Translations under genes and position numbers: made by a program
Assembly: GCA_965250285.1 (NCBI GenBank)
Contig: OZ252299.1
Location: 1,344,001 to 1,408,000, forward strand
Length of the DNA: 64,000 nt
Reading direction: 5' to 3'
Origin: Myxococcota bacterium
Lineage (GTDB): Bacteria > Myxococcota_A > UBA9160 > UBA4427
In this document: positions 1 through 10,210 of the stretch, piece after piece
Numbering within the stretch: the stretch's first letter is position 1
Layout of the letters: every line of letters begins with the position of its first letter
The notes under the pieces: model-generated
Seen by the model: only the letters and a program-made list of their open reading frames with translations
Told to the model about the DNA's origin: nothing
Databases searched by the model: none

Positions 1-1
1 C

Positions 2-793
2 CTCGGAGATCTGCCGAAGCACTTCGAGCGCTGGCCGCTCGAGGACCGCTTCATCCAGGGACACGTCGAGAAGCTGATGCGGTGCAACTGGAAGGTCTGC
101 CAGGAGGCCTTCATGGAGGCCTACCACGTGGTGGCCACGCACCCGCAGCTGATCCCGGGCATCGGCGACACCAACAGCCAGTACGACGCCTGGGACACGT
201 TCTCTCGCGCGATCACTCCGAACATGACGCCGAGCCCGCACATTCAGTGGACGCCCACCGAGCAGGAGATGTTCGACGCGATCGGCACGCCCGACCTCGA
301 CGCGCCGAACTCGCTCCGCGTGCCCGAAGGCATGACCGCACGGCAGTTCGCCGGCGTCATCGGCCGCATGCAGCTGAAGGGGGTCGCGCCCGGGGTCGAA
401 GACCTGACGGACGCCGAGCTGAACGATTCGTTCTACTACTCGCTCTTTCCGAACTTCCACCCGTGGGCGTCCTACAACCGCATCACGTACAGGTTCCGGC
501 CCTACGGCAACGAGCCTGACAAGTGCATCATGGACGTCTTCATGCTCGCGCCGTTCCGGGGCAAGCGCCCGAAGCCGGCCGAGACCACCCGGGTGGGCTT
601 CGACGACTCGTTCCTCGACGCGATCGACGCCGTCGGGCCGCTGGCCAAGATCTTCTCGCAGGACGCCTTCAATCTGCCCGGTGTACAGAAGGGGCTCGAG
701 GCTGCTCAACACGAACACGTGACGTTCGCGGAGTACCAGGAGACGAAGCTCCGGCACTTTCACACGCTGCTCGAGAAGCAGCTGAACGCATGA
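2..793 (+). CDS. Rieske-type aromatic ring-hydroxylating oxygenase alpha subunit, C-terminal catalytic domain (5' truncated by window)
   Basis: Frame open from base 2; motifs CNWKV..EAFMEAYHV..TH, LFPNF, QDAFNL..VQKGL, E.KLRHFH. Confidence 0.85.
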   Translation, partial: LGDLPKHFERWPLEDRFIQGHVEKLMRCNWKVCQEAFMEAYHVVATHPQLIPGIGDTNSQYDAWDTFSRAITPNMTPSPHIQWTPTEQEMFDAIGTPDLDAPNSLRVPEGMTARQFAGVIGRMQLKGVAPGVEDLTDAELNDSFYYSLFPNFHPWASYNRITYRFRPYGNEPDKCIMDVFMLAPFRGKRPKPAETTRVGFDDSFLDAIDAVGPLAKIFSQDAFNLPGVQKGLEAAQHEHVTFAEYQETKLRHFHTLLEKQLNA

Positions 794-1374
794 CGGAAGA
801 AGCCATGGAAGCCGTAGAGAACTACGAACAGGTCTCGGTCTACACGCTCGACGGTGCGCGCCGAGAAGAGCTGCTGACCGAACAGCGGGAGTGCACGTTC
901 GCCTGGACCACGCGCGACGGCTGGCCCGTCTCGGTGATCATGTCGGTGCTCTGGCACGACGGACGCTTCTGGTTGACGGCGGGCGGTCATCGACACCGCA
1001 TCTCGGCCGTGCGGCGCGACCCGCGCGTCTGCATCACGCTGACGAGCACGGGCACCTCGCTGGGGCCGGGCAAGTCGATCACGGCGAAGGGGCGCTGCAT
1101 CATCCACGAAGACGCCGAAACGAAGGCATGGTTCTATCCCGCCTTCGCGCGTCACCTCTACCCCAAGCCCGATCGCGCGAAGTGGTTCGAGGGTTTCCTC
1201 GATTCGCCGATCCGTGTGGTGCTCGAGGTGGTCCCCGAGAAGTGGATCGGGTACGACGGCGACAAGATGGCCCGCGACTCGGTGGGCAAGCTCTCCCCCG
1301 ACGAGAAGGGCCCGATGCTGAGCGCCGACGCCGATCGCCTCACGCGCGAGCTCGAGCGCCGCGGGCTCGACTGA
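790..1374 (+). CDS. Pyridoxamine 5'-phosphate oxidase-like (split-barrel flavin/F420-binding) protein
   Basis: ATGA overlap with upstream stop; motif TTRDGWP..SV.WHDGRFWL..R...RRDPRV. Confidence 0.75.
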   Translation: MTEEAMEAVENYEQVSVYTLDGARREELLTEQRECTFAWTTRDGWPVSVIMSVLWHDGRFWLTAGGHRHRISAVRRDPRVCITLTSTGTSLGPGKSITAKGRCIIHEDAETKAWFYPAFARHLYPKPDRAKWFEGFLDSPIRVVLEVVPEKWIGYDGDKMARDSVGKLSPDEKGPMLSADADRLTRELERRGLD

Positions 1375-1414
1375 GCCCGTCGGTTCGACTGAGCTCGAGG
1401 ACTCGACTGAGCTC
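1366..1414 (+). repeat. Three copies of TCGACTGAGC with 18-bp period, first copy contains the stop codon
   Basis: Copies at 1367, 1385, 1403. Confidence 0.7.
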
Positions 1415-1431
1415 TTGGACGCGCGGTGGGG

Positions 1432-3129
1432 TCAGCGCCGTCTCGAGAGCGAGGGCTTCGCGCCGAAGCGCGGGTCGAGGCGCACCGCCTCGGCGTACGC
1501 CCGGTCTGCCTCGTAGCGTCGACCCTCGGCCATCAGGCTGACGGCGAGCTGGTAGTGCAGTGGAGCGAGCGCGGCCCGAGCCCTCGGGTTTGCGCCCAGA
1601 GCCTCGATGCGTCTCGCCCCCATCTCCATCGACTGCGTGTAGTCCTCGATGGCCCGGTCGTGGCGCTGCGCGCGGGCATGCAGCCCGCCGAGGTTGGCCA
1701 TGCTGTGCCAGTCGTGCGGGTTGATGCTGAGGACCGCTTCGTACTCGGTGATTGCGAGGTCGATCTCGCCCTCGCCCGCGAGGTGCCCGGCGAGGGCACG
1801 GTGGGCGATCCAGTTGTTCGGAACCGCCTCGATCGCATGGGCAAAGAGGGCCTCGGTGCTCGCCCAATGCTCGACCTGCCGGGCCGAGACGAAAGCCAGC
1901 GTGGCGAGCAGCAAGACGACGCCCGCTCGGACCCCCCACGTGGTCGACGGCCTCGATCGGATCAGCGCGTCGAGGCCAAAAGCGGCCGCCACGAAGAGCC
2001 CCGTGATCGGCAGGTAGGCGTAGCGATCGGCGACGTCGTGTCCGGCCAGTGGCACGAGGCCGATGACGGGCACCAGCATGCCCGCGAACCAGAGCCAGCC
2101 GACCGTCCACCATGGGGCCTCGCGCCAGACCCGCACGACCGTGAACGTGACGGTCGTGAGGAGCGCACCCATCGCGATCAGCATCGCCGTGCCGTACGCC
2201 ATGGCACCGGTGGGGTAGGTCACGCTCAGATCGACGGGCCAGATCGTGCGCGTCAGGTAGAACCCGTAGTTCGAGAGGACGGTCGCGGCGCGAGAGAGCA
2301 GGGGGGCCCCGCGCACCATCCCGTGCGACTCGGCGGCGTAGATGGCCATGGCCACTGTGCCGATGGCCATGCCGAAGAGCAGCGCCTTCTCGCGTACGCG
2401 GTCGGCAACGCTCCGCACGAGATCGTCGGGATCGATTCGCCGGAGTGGCCAGAGGTCGAGGAGCAGCAGCACGAACGGCGTGGTCACGAGCATCGCCTTG
2501 CTCATCAGGCCCAGGGCGAGCGCGGCCGCGACGAGCACGAAGCGCAGCGGGCGCTCTCGCCGCACCCAGCCGACGTACGCGAGCAGCGTGGCCGCGAAGA
2601 AGAGCCCCGACAGCACGTCCTTGCGACTGGAGATCCAGGCGACCGGCTCGACGTGAAGCGGGTGAACAGCGAAGGCCAGGGCGACCGCCGCGCTCGCGGC
2701 CCGTCGACCCGTGGCGCAGGCGAACGCGAGATAGAGCGCGCACGCCGCGAGCCCGTGCAGGCCGAGCGCGGTCGCGTGAAAGGCGCGCGGCTCGAGCCCG
2801 AAGAGCTCGGAGTCGAGCGTGAGCGAGATCCACGTGAGCGGGTGCCAGTGCCCCGATTGCGGCGCGAGCGACCACGCGAGGCTCGCTGGGTCGAGCCCGC
2901 CGATCACGTGCACGTTGTCGAAGACGTGGGTCCCGTCGTCGAACGACACGAAGCCGAAGCCGGTCAGGGGCCAGAAGACGCCCAGGGTCACGCAGAGAAT
3001 CAGCGCGCATGCCCCGAGATCGCGTGCCGCGTCGAATGCGCCGGGGCCATTCATCTCATCGCCGTCACCGGGCGAGATCGGTCCATTGCGTGACTCGGTC
3101 GATGCGCCATCGCTTGCGGGCTCGGTCAC
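1432..3129 (-). CDS. TMTC-like multi-pass membrane glycosyltransferase with C-terminal TPR repeats
   Basis: FVSFDD, WHPLTWIS, HPLHVEPVAWISSRKDVL, ADRYAYLP motifs, TPR helices; start GTG 3129 or ATG 3054. Confidence 0.8.
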   Translation of the reverse strand: MTEPASDGASTESRNGPISPGDGDEMNGPGAFDAARDLGACALILCVTLGVFWPLTGFGFVSFDDGTHVFDNVHVIGGLDPASLAWSLAPQSGHWHPLTWISLTLDSELFGLEPRAFHATALGLHGLAACALYLAFACATGRRAASAAVALAFAVHPLHVEPVAWISSRKDVLSGLFFAATLLAYVGWVRRERPLRFVLVAAALALGLMSKAMLVTTPFVLLLLDLWPLRRIDPDDLVRSVADRVREKALLFGMAIGTVAMAIYAAESHGMVRGAPLLSRAATVLSNYGFYLTRTIWPVDLSVTYPTGAMAYGTAMLIAMGALLTTVTFTVVRVWREAPWWTVGWLWFAGMLVPVIGLVPLAGHDVADRYAYLPITGLFVAAAFGLDALIRSRPSTTWGVRAGVVLLLATLAFVSARQVEHWASTEALFAHAIEAVPNNWIAHRALAGHLAGEGEIDLAITEYEAVLSINPHDWHSMANLGGLHARAQRHDRAIEDYTQSMEMGARRIEALGANPRARAALAPLHYQLAVSLMAEGRRYEADRAYAEAVRLDPRFGAKPSLSRRR

Positions 3130-3335
3130 GCCAGTCTCCGTCCGAGCCGGGCTCGGCGCGTCTCGCGGTGCGCGGTGCGCGGAGTGCCTGCGCAAGGCCC
3201 CATCGCTGCGCCCGTCCGACCGGGACGATACGACACGCGCGGCCTTCGAACGACGAACGGCGTCCGCCGAGCCGAGACCTCCTTCGCCTCGTCGAACGTT
3301 GTCGCACGCGGCGATCCGCCCGATGATGTCGGGCG

Positions 3336-4082
3336 ATGATCCCGCCGATCACACCCGACGATCTCGAAGAGCACGTGCTGCGTGCGCGGGTCTACCCGAA
3401 CCTCGACGTCACCCATCACTGGACCGACCGGTGGGAGCCGAGTTTCTACGCCGATCTCGCGCGCGCGGGCTTCATTTCGATCGCGATCCGACACCCCGAG
3501 TACGGGGATCTCCTGCTGCCCGAGATCCAGTCGGCGTACGCGGTGCTCGACTGGGCGGCGTTGAGGGCCCCCGGGCACGTGCGCCGACTGCTCGGCTCGG
3601 GTCGAATCGAGGCCGAAGGCATCGAGCTGCGCGTGTCCCGCGATTGCCGGGCCGTCGTCGAGCGCATCGAGCGGCAGCACGCCCCGGACTGCTGGCTGAT
3701 CGAACCCTATGTCGCGCTGGTGCACGCCCTCGCCGAGGCGGGGCCGGCCTCGGGGCTCGAGATGCATGCCGTCGAGCTGTGGTCGAGCAGCGCCGGCGAG
3801 CTGGTCGCGGGGGAGCTCGGCTACACGATCGGGCGCGTCTATACGAGCCTGTCCGGCTTTTGTTCGCCCGATCTGGGGCGCTGGAACCACTTCGGTTCGC
3901 TGCAGCTCTATCTGCTCGCCGAGCGGCTGCGCGACGCCGACTACGCCTTCTGGAACCTCGGGCACCCCCACATGGACTACAAGCGAGCGCTCGGCGCCGC
4001 GGTGCTGGGACGCGGTGCGTTTCTGAAGCGTTGGTTCGAACACCGCGAGGAGTCGCTCGTGCGGTCGGTGGGGCTCACGTGA
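3336..4082 (+). CDS. aat: Leucyl/phenylalanyl-tRNA--protein transferase family
   Basis: W.I..Y..L, HAVELW...GELVAGELGY.IG.VYTSLSGF motif. Confidence 0.7.
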   Translation: MIPPITPDDLEEHVLRARVYPNLDVTHHWTDRWEPSFYADLARAGFISIAIRHPEYGDLLLPEIQSAYAVLDWAALRAPGHVRRLLGSGRIEAEGIELRVSRDCRAVVERIERQHAPDCWLIEPYVALVHALAEAGPASGLEMHAVELWSSSAGELVAGELGYTIGRVYTSLSGFCSPDLGRWNHFGSLQLYLLAERLRDADYAFWNLGHPHMDYKRALGAAVLGRGAFLKRWFEHREESLVRSVGLT

Positions 4083-4222
4083 CGGCGCCGGGCGACGACG
4101 ATTCTGTGACCGCGCCGGGCGACGACGACGCTGTGACCGCAACGGGCGACGACGACTCTGTGACCGCGCCGGGCGACGACGACGCTGTGACCGCGCCGGG
4201 CGACAACGACGCCGTGACCGCG
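4079..4222 (+). repeat. 27-bp tandem repeat, 5 copies plus partial (GTGACCGCGCCGGGCGACGACGACGCT)
   Basis: Read directly; encodes VTAPGDDD[S/A]. Confidence 0.9.
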
Positions 4223-4711
4223 GTGCACGACGAGGTCGATGCATCGGTCGCGCCCCTGGTCGCGCAGCACGCCGAGCGACTGGCCTGTCGAAAGGGTTGC
4301 GCGGCCTGCTGCGTCGATGACCTGACGGTGTTCGAGGTCGAGGCCGAGCGCATTCGGGCCGTGCATGGAGCGCTTCTCGAAAAAGGCGTGCCACACGCCG
4401 AAGGCGCCTGCGCCTTCCTCGACGACACAGGGGCGTGTCGGATCTATGCAGACCGGCCCTACGTCTGCCGCACCCAGGGGCTGCCGCTGCGCTGGCTCGT
4501 CGAGGACGCCGCAGGCGACATCGTCGAGCGTCGCTCGATCTGCGAGCTGAACGCGACGGGTGAGGCCCTCGAGACCCTGGACGAAGAGGCCTGTTGGTTG
4601 ATCGGCCCCGTCGAAGATCGGCTCGTGCGCCTGCAGGCGCTGCGTGACGGGGACGGGACGCGGCGCGTGCCACTGCGGAGCCTGTTTCGCCGCTCGGCCC
4701 AGCGCGGCTGA
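4079..4711 (+). CDS. YkgJ family cysteine-cluster (Fe-S/Zn) protein with N-terminal VTAPGDDD repeats
   Basis: CRKGCAACC...CAFLD...CRIYADRPYVCR; GTGA overlap with aat stop. Confidence 0.8.
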   Translation: MTAPGDDDSVTAPGDDDAVTATGDDDSVTAPGDDDAVTAPGDNDAVTAVHDEVDASVAPLVAQHAERLACRKGCAACCVDDLTVFEVEAERIRAVHGALLEKGVPHAEGACAFLDDTGACRIYADRPYVCRTQGLPLRWLVEDAAGDIVERRSICELNATGEALETLDEEACWLIGPVEDRLVRLQALRDGDGTRRVPLRSLFRRSAQRG

Positions 4712-4970
4712 GCGCTCGGCGTTCCGAGGTCGCGCCGCCGCGCCGCCGCGATTCCAGTCGCATCGGAACCGCTGCCCCGGTGCAGCCGACCGAGCGTCTG
4801 CGCGACGTCGATCCTGACGCGCGTCATGTCACGGAGGCAGGGGGACACCGCACTTCGAAGCCAGGTTTTCTCCCGAGTCCGCCGAAGAGACAGTCGAGCC
4901 GCGGTCCGCTGTGAATGCACCTCGCAGCCCGAGGCATCCGCGGCTCGCAGCCTCGAAGCGGAAGGAACCC

Positions 4971-5915
4971 GTGGCGACCCTTCTCGTCATCGACGACTCG
5001 GCGGCACATCGACGCGAGATCGTGAGCGCCCTCGAGCCTCACGGTCTCTTCGATTCGATCCTGCAGGCCGCCGATGGACCGCAGGGCCTGAAGCGCCTCT
5101 TGAACGAAGAGGTCGGCTTCATCATCTGCGACCTCGAGTTGCCGGGCTTCGACGGCGAGAAGATCCTGCACATCAAGCAGGCGAGCCCGCAGGCGCGTTC
5201 GATCCCGATCATCTTCCTGACGGGCAGCAGCGACCGCGACCGCAAGGCGCGGCTGCTCGAACTCGGTGCCCAGGACGTGATCGACAAGCCCTTCTACGAC
5301 CCCGACCTCGTCGCTCGTACGCGGCTGCACATGAAGACCAAGCGGCTGTACGACGAGCTTCGGGCGAAGAGCGATCTCATGACGCAGCTCTCGACGACGG
5401 ACGCCCTCACAGGGCTGCGGACCCGGCGCTATGCCACCGAGGTGCTGACGATCGAGATGTTGCGCGCGCGCCGGTACGACAACCCGCTCGCGATCCTGAT
5501 GGCCGACATCGATCACTTCAAGCAGGTGAACGATGAGTATGGCCACCTCGCCGGCGACGAAGTGTTGGCCGGCGTGTCGCAGACGCTGCTCGAGCAGCTC
5601 CGGGTGACCGATGTCGCGGGCCGATACGGCGGTGAGGAGATCCTGGTCGTGCTGTCGCAGAACGCGGCCGCGGGCGCCGAGGTGCTCGCCGAGCGCTGGC
5701 GCATGGCCGTCGAGCAGGCCGAGTTCGAGGCACCCGACGGTCGGCGGGTGCGGGTGCAGATCTCGGTGGGCGTGGCCTCGTACGATCCCTCGATGGAGAG
5801 TGGCGAGGCGCTGATCGCGCGAGCCGACGCGGCCCTCTACGAAGCGAAGGCGCGCGGCCGCAACCAGGTGGTGATCGACGCGGCGTCGCGGATCCGAGAG
5901 CAGGGCGCCGGCTGA
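4971..5915 (+). CDS. Response-regulator receiver plus GGDEF diguanylate cyclase (WspR/PleD-like)
   Basis: LVIDDS, ICDLELP, KP receiver motifs; DIDHFKQVNDEYGH, RVTD I-site, RYGGEEI. Confidence 0.92.
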   Translation: MATLLVIDDSAAHRREIVSALEPHGLFDSILQAADGPQGLKRLLNEEVGFIICDLELPGFDGEKILHIKQASPQARSIPIIFLTGSSDRDRKARLLELGAQDVIDKPFYDPDLVARTRLHMKTKRLYDELRAKSDLMTQLSTTDALTGLRTRRYATEVLTIEMLRARRYDNPLAILMADIDHFKQVNDEYGHLAGDEVLAGVSQTLLEQLRVTDVAGRYGGEEILVVLSQNAAAGAEVLAERWRMAVEQAEFEAPDGRRVRVQISVGVASYDPSMESGEALIARADAALYEAKARGRNQVVIDAASRIREQGAG

Positions 5916-5932
5916 TCCACGGCCTGCCGGCC

Positions 5933-7309
5933 TCACTCTTCTTGTTTTGGATCGTCTACGGCCGCTGTCGATCGCGCCTGGGCCCGGCGTGCGCGCCAAG
6001 CCGAGAGACGTTCGCGGATGGTCGACTCGTGACCCCGCTCCGTGGGCTCGTAGAAGACTTCGTCTTCGAGCTCTTCGGGCAGATTCGTCGCGGCGACGAA
6101 GGCGTCTTCGGCCGCATGGGCATACTCGTAGCCGTCCCCGTAGCCGAGCTCCTTCATCAGCTTCGTCGGCGCATTGCGCAAGTGCATCGGGACGGGGAGC
6201 GAGCCGGTATCGCGCACCCGGTCGAGGGCGCGGCCGATCGCGACGTACGAGGCGTTGCTCTTCGGCGCGGTGGCCAGGTAGGTGACGGCCTGGGCCAGCG
6301 TCAGCCGGCCCTCGGGTAGGCCGATGCGCTCGACGGCCTGAAAGGCCGAGGTCGCCAGCGAGAGTGCCCACGGATCGGCGTTGCCGACGTCTTCGCTGGC
6401 GAAGATGACCAGACGGCGCGCGATGAAGAGCGGATCGTCGCCGCCCTCGAGCATGCGCGCCAGGTAGTAGAGCGCGGCGTCGGGGTCACTCGCACGCAGG
6501 CTCTTGATCAGGGCCGAGACCACGTTGTAGTGCTCTTCGCGGTCGCGGTCGTAGAGCAGCAGCTTGCGCCCGGCGGCTTCGCGAATCGTCTCGGGCGAGA
6601 GCGGCTCGTTCGCGCGCTCGCCTCGGCGGTGGATGGCGGCGGCCGCTTCGAGCAGGCCGAGCGCCCGGCGGGCATCGCCCTCGGCCGCCGCGACGATCGC
6701 GGCGGCCGACCCCTCGCCGAGCCGCAGCCCGGTGGCCCCGAGGCCGCGCGACTCATCGTCGACGGCGCGCTCGACGAGCGCCTGCACCGATGCCTCGTCG
6801 AGCGGCTCGAGTACCAGCACCCGGCAGCGCGAGAGCAGCGGCGCGTTGACGGTGAACGACGGGTTCTCGGTCGTGGCGCCGACGAGCGTCACCGTGCCGG
6901 CTTCGACATGGGGCAGCAGCACGTCCTGCTGGGCGCGATTCAGGCGGTGGATCTCGTCGATGAAGAGCAGGGTGCGGTCGCCGTGGCGACGGGCCCGCTC
7001 GACCGCTTCGCGAATCTCCTTGACGCCCGCGACGACGGCCGAAAGCGCCTCCATGCGGGTGCCCGGCGCGCTCGCGAGCAGCCACGCCAGGGTCGTCTTG
7101 CCGCAGCCCGGGGGCCCCCAGAACACGACGCTCGGGATCTCGCCGCCGTCGACCATCGATCGAAGCGCGGCGTGCGCGGCGGTGAGATGCGGCTGGCCCA
7201 TGAGCTCGTCGAACTTGCGGGGACGCATGCGTTCGGCGAGCGGCGCGCGCGGGTCGAGCCGCCGGGTCGGCCGATCACTGAAGAGCTCGAGGGTGTCGTC
7301 CGGCGCCAT
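5933..7309 (-). CDS. rarA: Replication-associated recombination protein A (MgsA/RarA AAA+ ATPase)
   Basis: PLAERMRP, WGPPGCGKTT, FIDEIHR, GATTENPSF, SEDVGNADP. Confidence 0.95.
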   Translation of the reverse strand: MAPDDTLELFSDRPTRRLDPRAPLAERMRPRKFDELMGQPHLTAAHAALRSMVDGGEIPSVVFWGPPGCGKTTLAWLLASAPGTRMEALSAVVAGVKEIREAVERARRHGDRTLLFIDEIHRLNRAQQDVLLPHVEAGTVTLVGATTENPSFTVNAPLLSRCRVLVLEPLDEASVQALVERAVDDESRGLGATGLRLGEGSAAAIVAAAEGDARRALGLLEAAAAIHRRGERANEPLSPETIREAAGRKLLLYDRDREEHYNVVSALIKSLRASDPDAALYYLARMLEGGDDPLFIARRLVIFASEDVGNADPWALSLATSAFQAVERIGLPEGRLTLAQAVTYLATAPKSNASYVAIGRALDRVRDTGSLPVPMHLRNAPTKLMKELGYGDGYEYAHAAEDAFVAATNLPEELEDEVFYEPTERGHESTIRERLSAWRARRAQARSTAAVDDPKQEE

Positions 7310-7495
7310 GGCGCGAAGGTAGCGGGCGGGCCCGGTCGGGGTGGCACACGGCCGGTCGCGGCCGCCCGGGGCTCGCCACGGCCGCGCGCCCGATTCCCCA
7401 ACGGGTCCGGCCATCGCGTTCGAAGCCGGCGCGCCACGCTACATTCGTCGCCGTTGGCCGCTTTCGGGGTGAGCGAGGGAAGGACTCGGCGCGAG

Positions 7496-8353
7496 ATGGA
7501 CATCCGACGCATCGGTTTCTGCCTGAAGGAAGACGAGCACGAAGTCGAGTCGATCGTGCTCGATCTCGTTCGCTGGCTCGAGGGCGACGGGATCGGCGTC
7601 GAGTTCGACACGAACTGCGGCGCGCTGATCGACCGGCCGGGCCGCAGTCGCGAAGAGCTGACCGGCGAGGTCGACCTGATCGTGAGCTTCGGCGGCGACG
7701 GCACGCTGCTCTCGGTGGCCCGGTCGGCCGGCACGCGGCGGGTGCCGATCCTCGGCGTGAACCTCGGCCGGCTGGGGTTCCTCACCGAGGTCAACATCGA
7801 CGAGGTGCGGCCCGCGCTCGAGAAGGTGCTCGCCGGCGACGGGAAGGTCGTGCCGCGCATGCGCCTCGAGGTCGAGGCCTTTCGCGGGGACCAGCGACTC
7901 GGGCACTTTCATTCGCTCAACGATGCCGTCCTCACCCGCCAAGTGCTCTCGCGCATGATCGATCTCGAGGCCCGGGCCGACGGCGTCAAGGTCACGACCT
8001 ACCACGCCGACGGCCTGATCGTCTCGACGCCCACGGGCTCGACGGCCTACTCGCTCTCGGCGGGGGGACCGCTGCTCTTGCCCGGTCTCGAGGCGATCAT
8101 CCTCACACCCATCTGCCCGCACTCGCTGACCCAGCGGCCGATCGTGTTGCCCCAGGACGTCGAGCTCACGATCGTCGTCGAGCAGGCGAGCGACGACGCG
8201 GCGCTCACCGTCGACGGTCAGGAGGGCCTCGATCTCGAGCCCGGCGATCGCGTGGTGATGCATCGCAGCCCGTATCCGGTCGAGATCGTCGCGTCGCCGT
8301 TCCGTGATCCCTACGAGATTCTGCATACGAAGCTGCGCTGGGGACATCGTTGA
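7496..8353 (+). CDS. nadK: NAD+ kinase
   Basis: GGDGTLL, GVNLGRLGFL, LND, DGLIVSTPTGSTAYSLSAGG. Confidence 0.95.
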   Translation: MDIRRIGFCLKEDEHEVESIVLDLVRWLEGDGIGVEFDTNCGALIDRPGRSREELTGEVDLIVSFGGDGTLLSVARSAGTRRVPILGVNLGRLGFLTEVNIDEVRPALEKVLAGDGKVVPRMRLEVEAFRGDQRLGHFHSLNDAVLTRQVLSRMIDLEARADGVKVTTYHADGLIVSTPTGSTAYSLSAGGPLLLPGLEAIILTPICPHSLTQRPIVLPQDVELTIVVEQASDDAALTVDGQEGLDLEPGDRVVMHRSPYPVEIVASPFRDPYEILHTKLRWGHR

Positions 8354-8416
8354 ATCCCGGCCGGGCTGTGACCGCTTGTGTCATGGCTCGGCGCGAACCT
8401 TTGTCGGGGGGCTGAG

Positions 8417-10210
8417 GTGATCGAACGACTGCACATCCGCGATCTGGCGATCGTCGAGGACGCACAGCTCGAGTTCGGGCCCGGCCTCAACGTGTTGACC
8501 GGCGAGACCGGCGCAGGCAAGTCGATCGTGCTCGGTGCGCTCGGCCTGCTCGTCGGGCGGCGTGCGGCGGCCGGCACGGTCCGAGACGGGGCGAAAGAGG
8601 CCTCGGTCGAGGCGATCTTCCGGACCGATCTGCTGCCCGATCTCGAGCGTGAGCTCGGCACGCGGGGCTTCGTCTCGGCCCGCGCGGCCCAAGAGGCTGA
8701 CACGGGGCCCGCTTCGGGCGACGGAGTCGGGCGAGCGGGTCCCGCAGAAGAGGCCGAAGACGCGGCCGCGCACGAGCTGGTGGTGCGGCGTACGATCGCC
8801 GCGGCTGGCCGCAGCCGCGCGCGCGTGGCCGGCGAGCTCGTCCCGGTCTCGACCCTGGCCGAGCTGTTCGACGGGCGCGTCGAGATCTCGAGCCAGCATT
8901 CGAGTCAGGCGCTGCTCCGTCCCGAATCACATGCGCGCTATCTCGATGCGGCCGGCGGCCTCGGCGATGTCGTGGTCGACGTCGGGCAACACTACGGTGT
9001 GGTCCGCGGGCTCGATGCCGAGCGGGCCGAGCTCGAAGCGGCCGCCGAGGAGCGCGCGCGCCGGCTCGACTTCTTGCGCTTCCAGCTGAACGAGATCGAC
9101 GACGTCGGCCTGGCCGAGGGCGAGCTCGAAGAGCTCGACCGCGAGCACGCGCGGTTGGCGCATGCCGAGGGGCTGCACGGCGATGCGGCGGCGGCGGCGC
9201 GTGCGCTCGCGGGAGACGACGCCGGCGACGGGGGCGCGGCCGATGCCATCGCGCGGGCCGAGCGCTTCGTCGAAGCGATGTCGGCGCTCGACGCGAGCGT
9301 CACGCCGCAGCTCGAGCGGGTGCGCGCGCTCGAGGCCGAGCTGCGCGACCTCGCGAGCGATCTCGAGCGCTACGCCGACGGCATCGAGAGCGACCCCGCT
9401 GCCCTGGCCCGACTCGAAGAGCGCATTCAGCAGGTCGAGCGGCTGCGTCGCAAGTACGGCCGGAGCGAGGCCGACATCCTCGGCTTCCGCGCGCAGGTCG
9501 AAGGCGAGCTCGGGGACGTCGAGGGCGCCGACGATCGCCTCGCGCAGATCGCCGACGAACGCGCGAGCGTCGTCGACGCGCTCGCGAAGGCGGCGGCGAA
9601 GCTGACGCGGGGCCGAAGGAAGGCCGCCAAGATGCTGGCGAAGCGTGCACAGACGACGCTCGCCGAACTCGACATGCCGAAGGCCCGCTTCGAGGTCGCG
9701 CTCGAGGCGATCGCGAACCTGCAGCAGCTGCCCGACGGCGTGTCGGCGGGGCCGACCGGGGCCGAGGCGCCCGAGTTCCGGTTCAGCGCCAACGAAGGCG
9801 AAGCGCCGCGGTCGTTGCAGAAGGTCGCATCGGGCGGCGAGCTCTCGCGCGTGTTCCTGGCGATCAAGAATGCCCTGCGGCCGTGGGGCGCGAACATGGT
9901 GCTCGTGTTCGACGAGGTCGACGCGGGCATCGGTGGCCGTGCAGCGGAGCGGGTGGGGCGGGTCCTCGCCGAGCTGGCGACCGAGCACCAGGTGCTTTGC
10001 ATCACGCATCTGCCGCAGATCGCCGCGTTTGCGACGACGCACTTTCGTGTCCAGAAGGAGAGCGCCCGCGGTCGCACGCGCACCGTGCTCGAAGCCGTCG
10101 AAGGCGACGAACGCGTCGACGAGATCGCGCGCATGGCCGGCGGCGCCGAGGTGAGCGACGCCACCCGCGCGCACGCCCGGTCGCTGATCGAGGCCGCCCG
10201 ACCGCGCTGA
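8417..10210 (+). CDS. recN: DNA repair protein RecN
   Basis: LTGETGAGKS, ASGGELSR, FDEVDAGIGG, CITHLPQIAA. Confidence 0.95.
   Translation: MIERLHIRDLAIVEDAQLEFGPGLNVLTGETGAGKSIVLGALGLLVGRRAAAGTVRDGAKEASVEAIFRTDLLPDLERELGTRGFVSARAAQEADTGPASGDGVGRAGPAEEAEDAAAHELVVRRTIAAAGRSRARVAGELVPVSTLAELFDGRVEISSQHSSQALLRPESHARYLDAAGGLGDVVVDVGQHYGVVRGLDAERAELEAAAEERARRLDFLRFQLNEIDDVGLAEGELEELDREHARLAHAEGLHGDAAAAARALAGDDAGDGGAADAIARAERFVEAMSALDASVTPQLERVRALEAELRDLASDLERYADGIESDPAALARLEERIQQVERLRRKYGRSEADILGFRAQVEGELGDVEGADDRLAQIADERASVVDALAKAAAKLTRGRRKAAKMLAKRAQTTLAELDMPKARFEVALEAIANLQQLPDGVSAGPTGAEAPEFRFSANEGEAPRSLQKVASGGELSRVFLAIKNALRPWGANMVLVFDEVDAGIGGRAAERVGRVLAELATEHQVLCITHLPQIAAFATTHFRVQKESARGRTRTVLEAVEGDERVDEIARMAGGAEVSDATRAHARSLIEAARPR

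Noticed and set aside
4079..4222. Possible CRISPR array
   Set aside because: Coding tandem repeat without spacers
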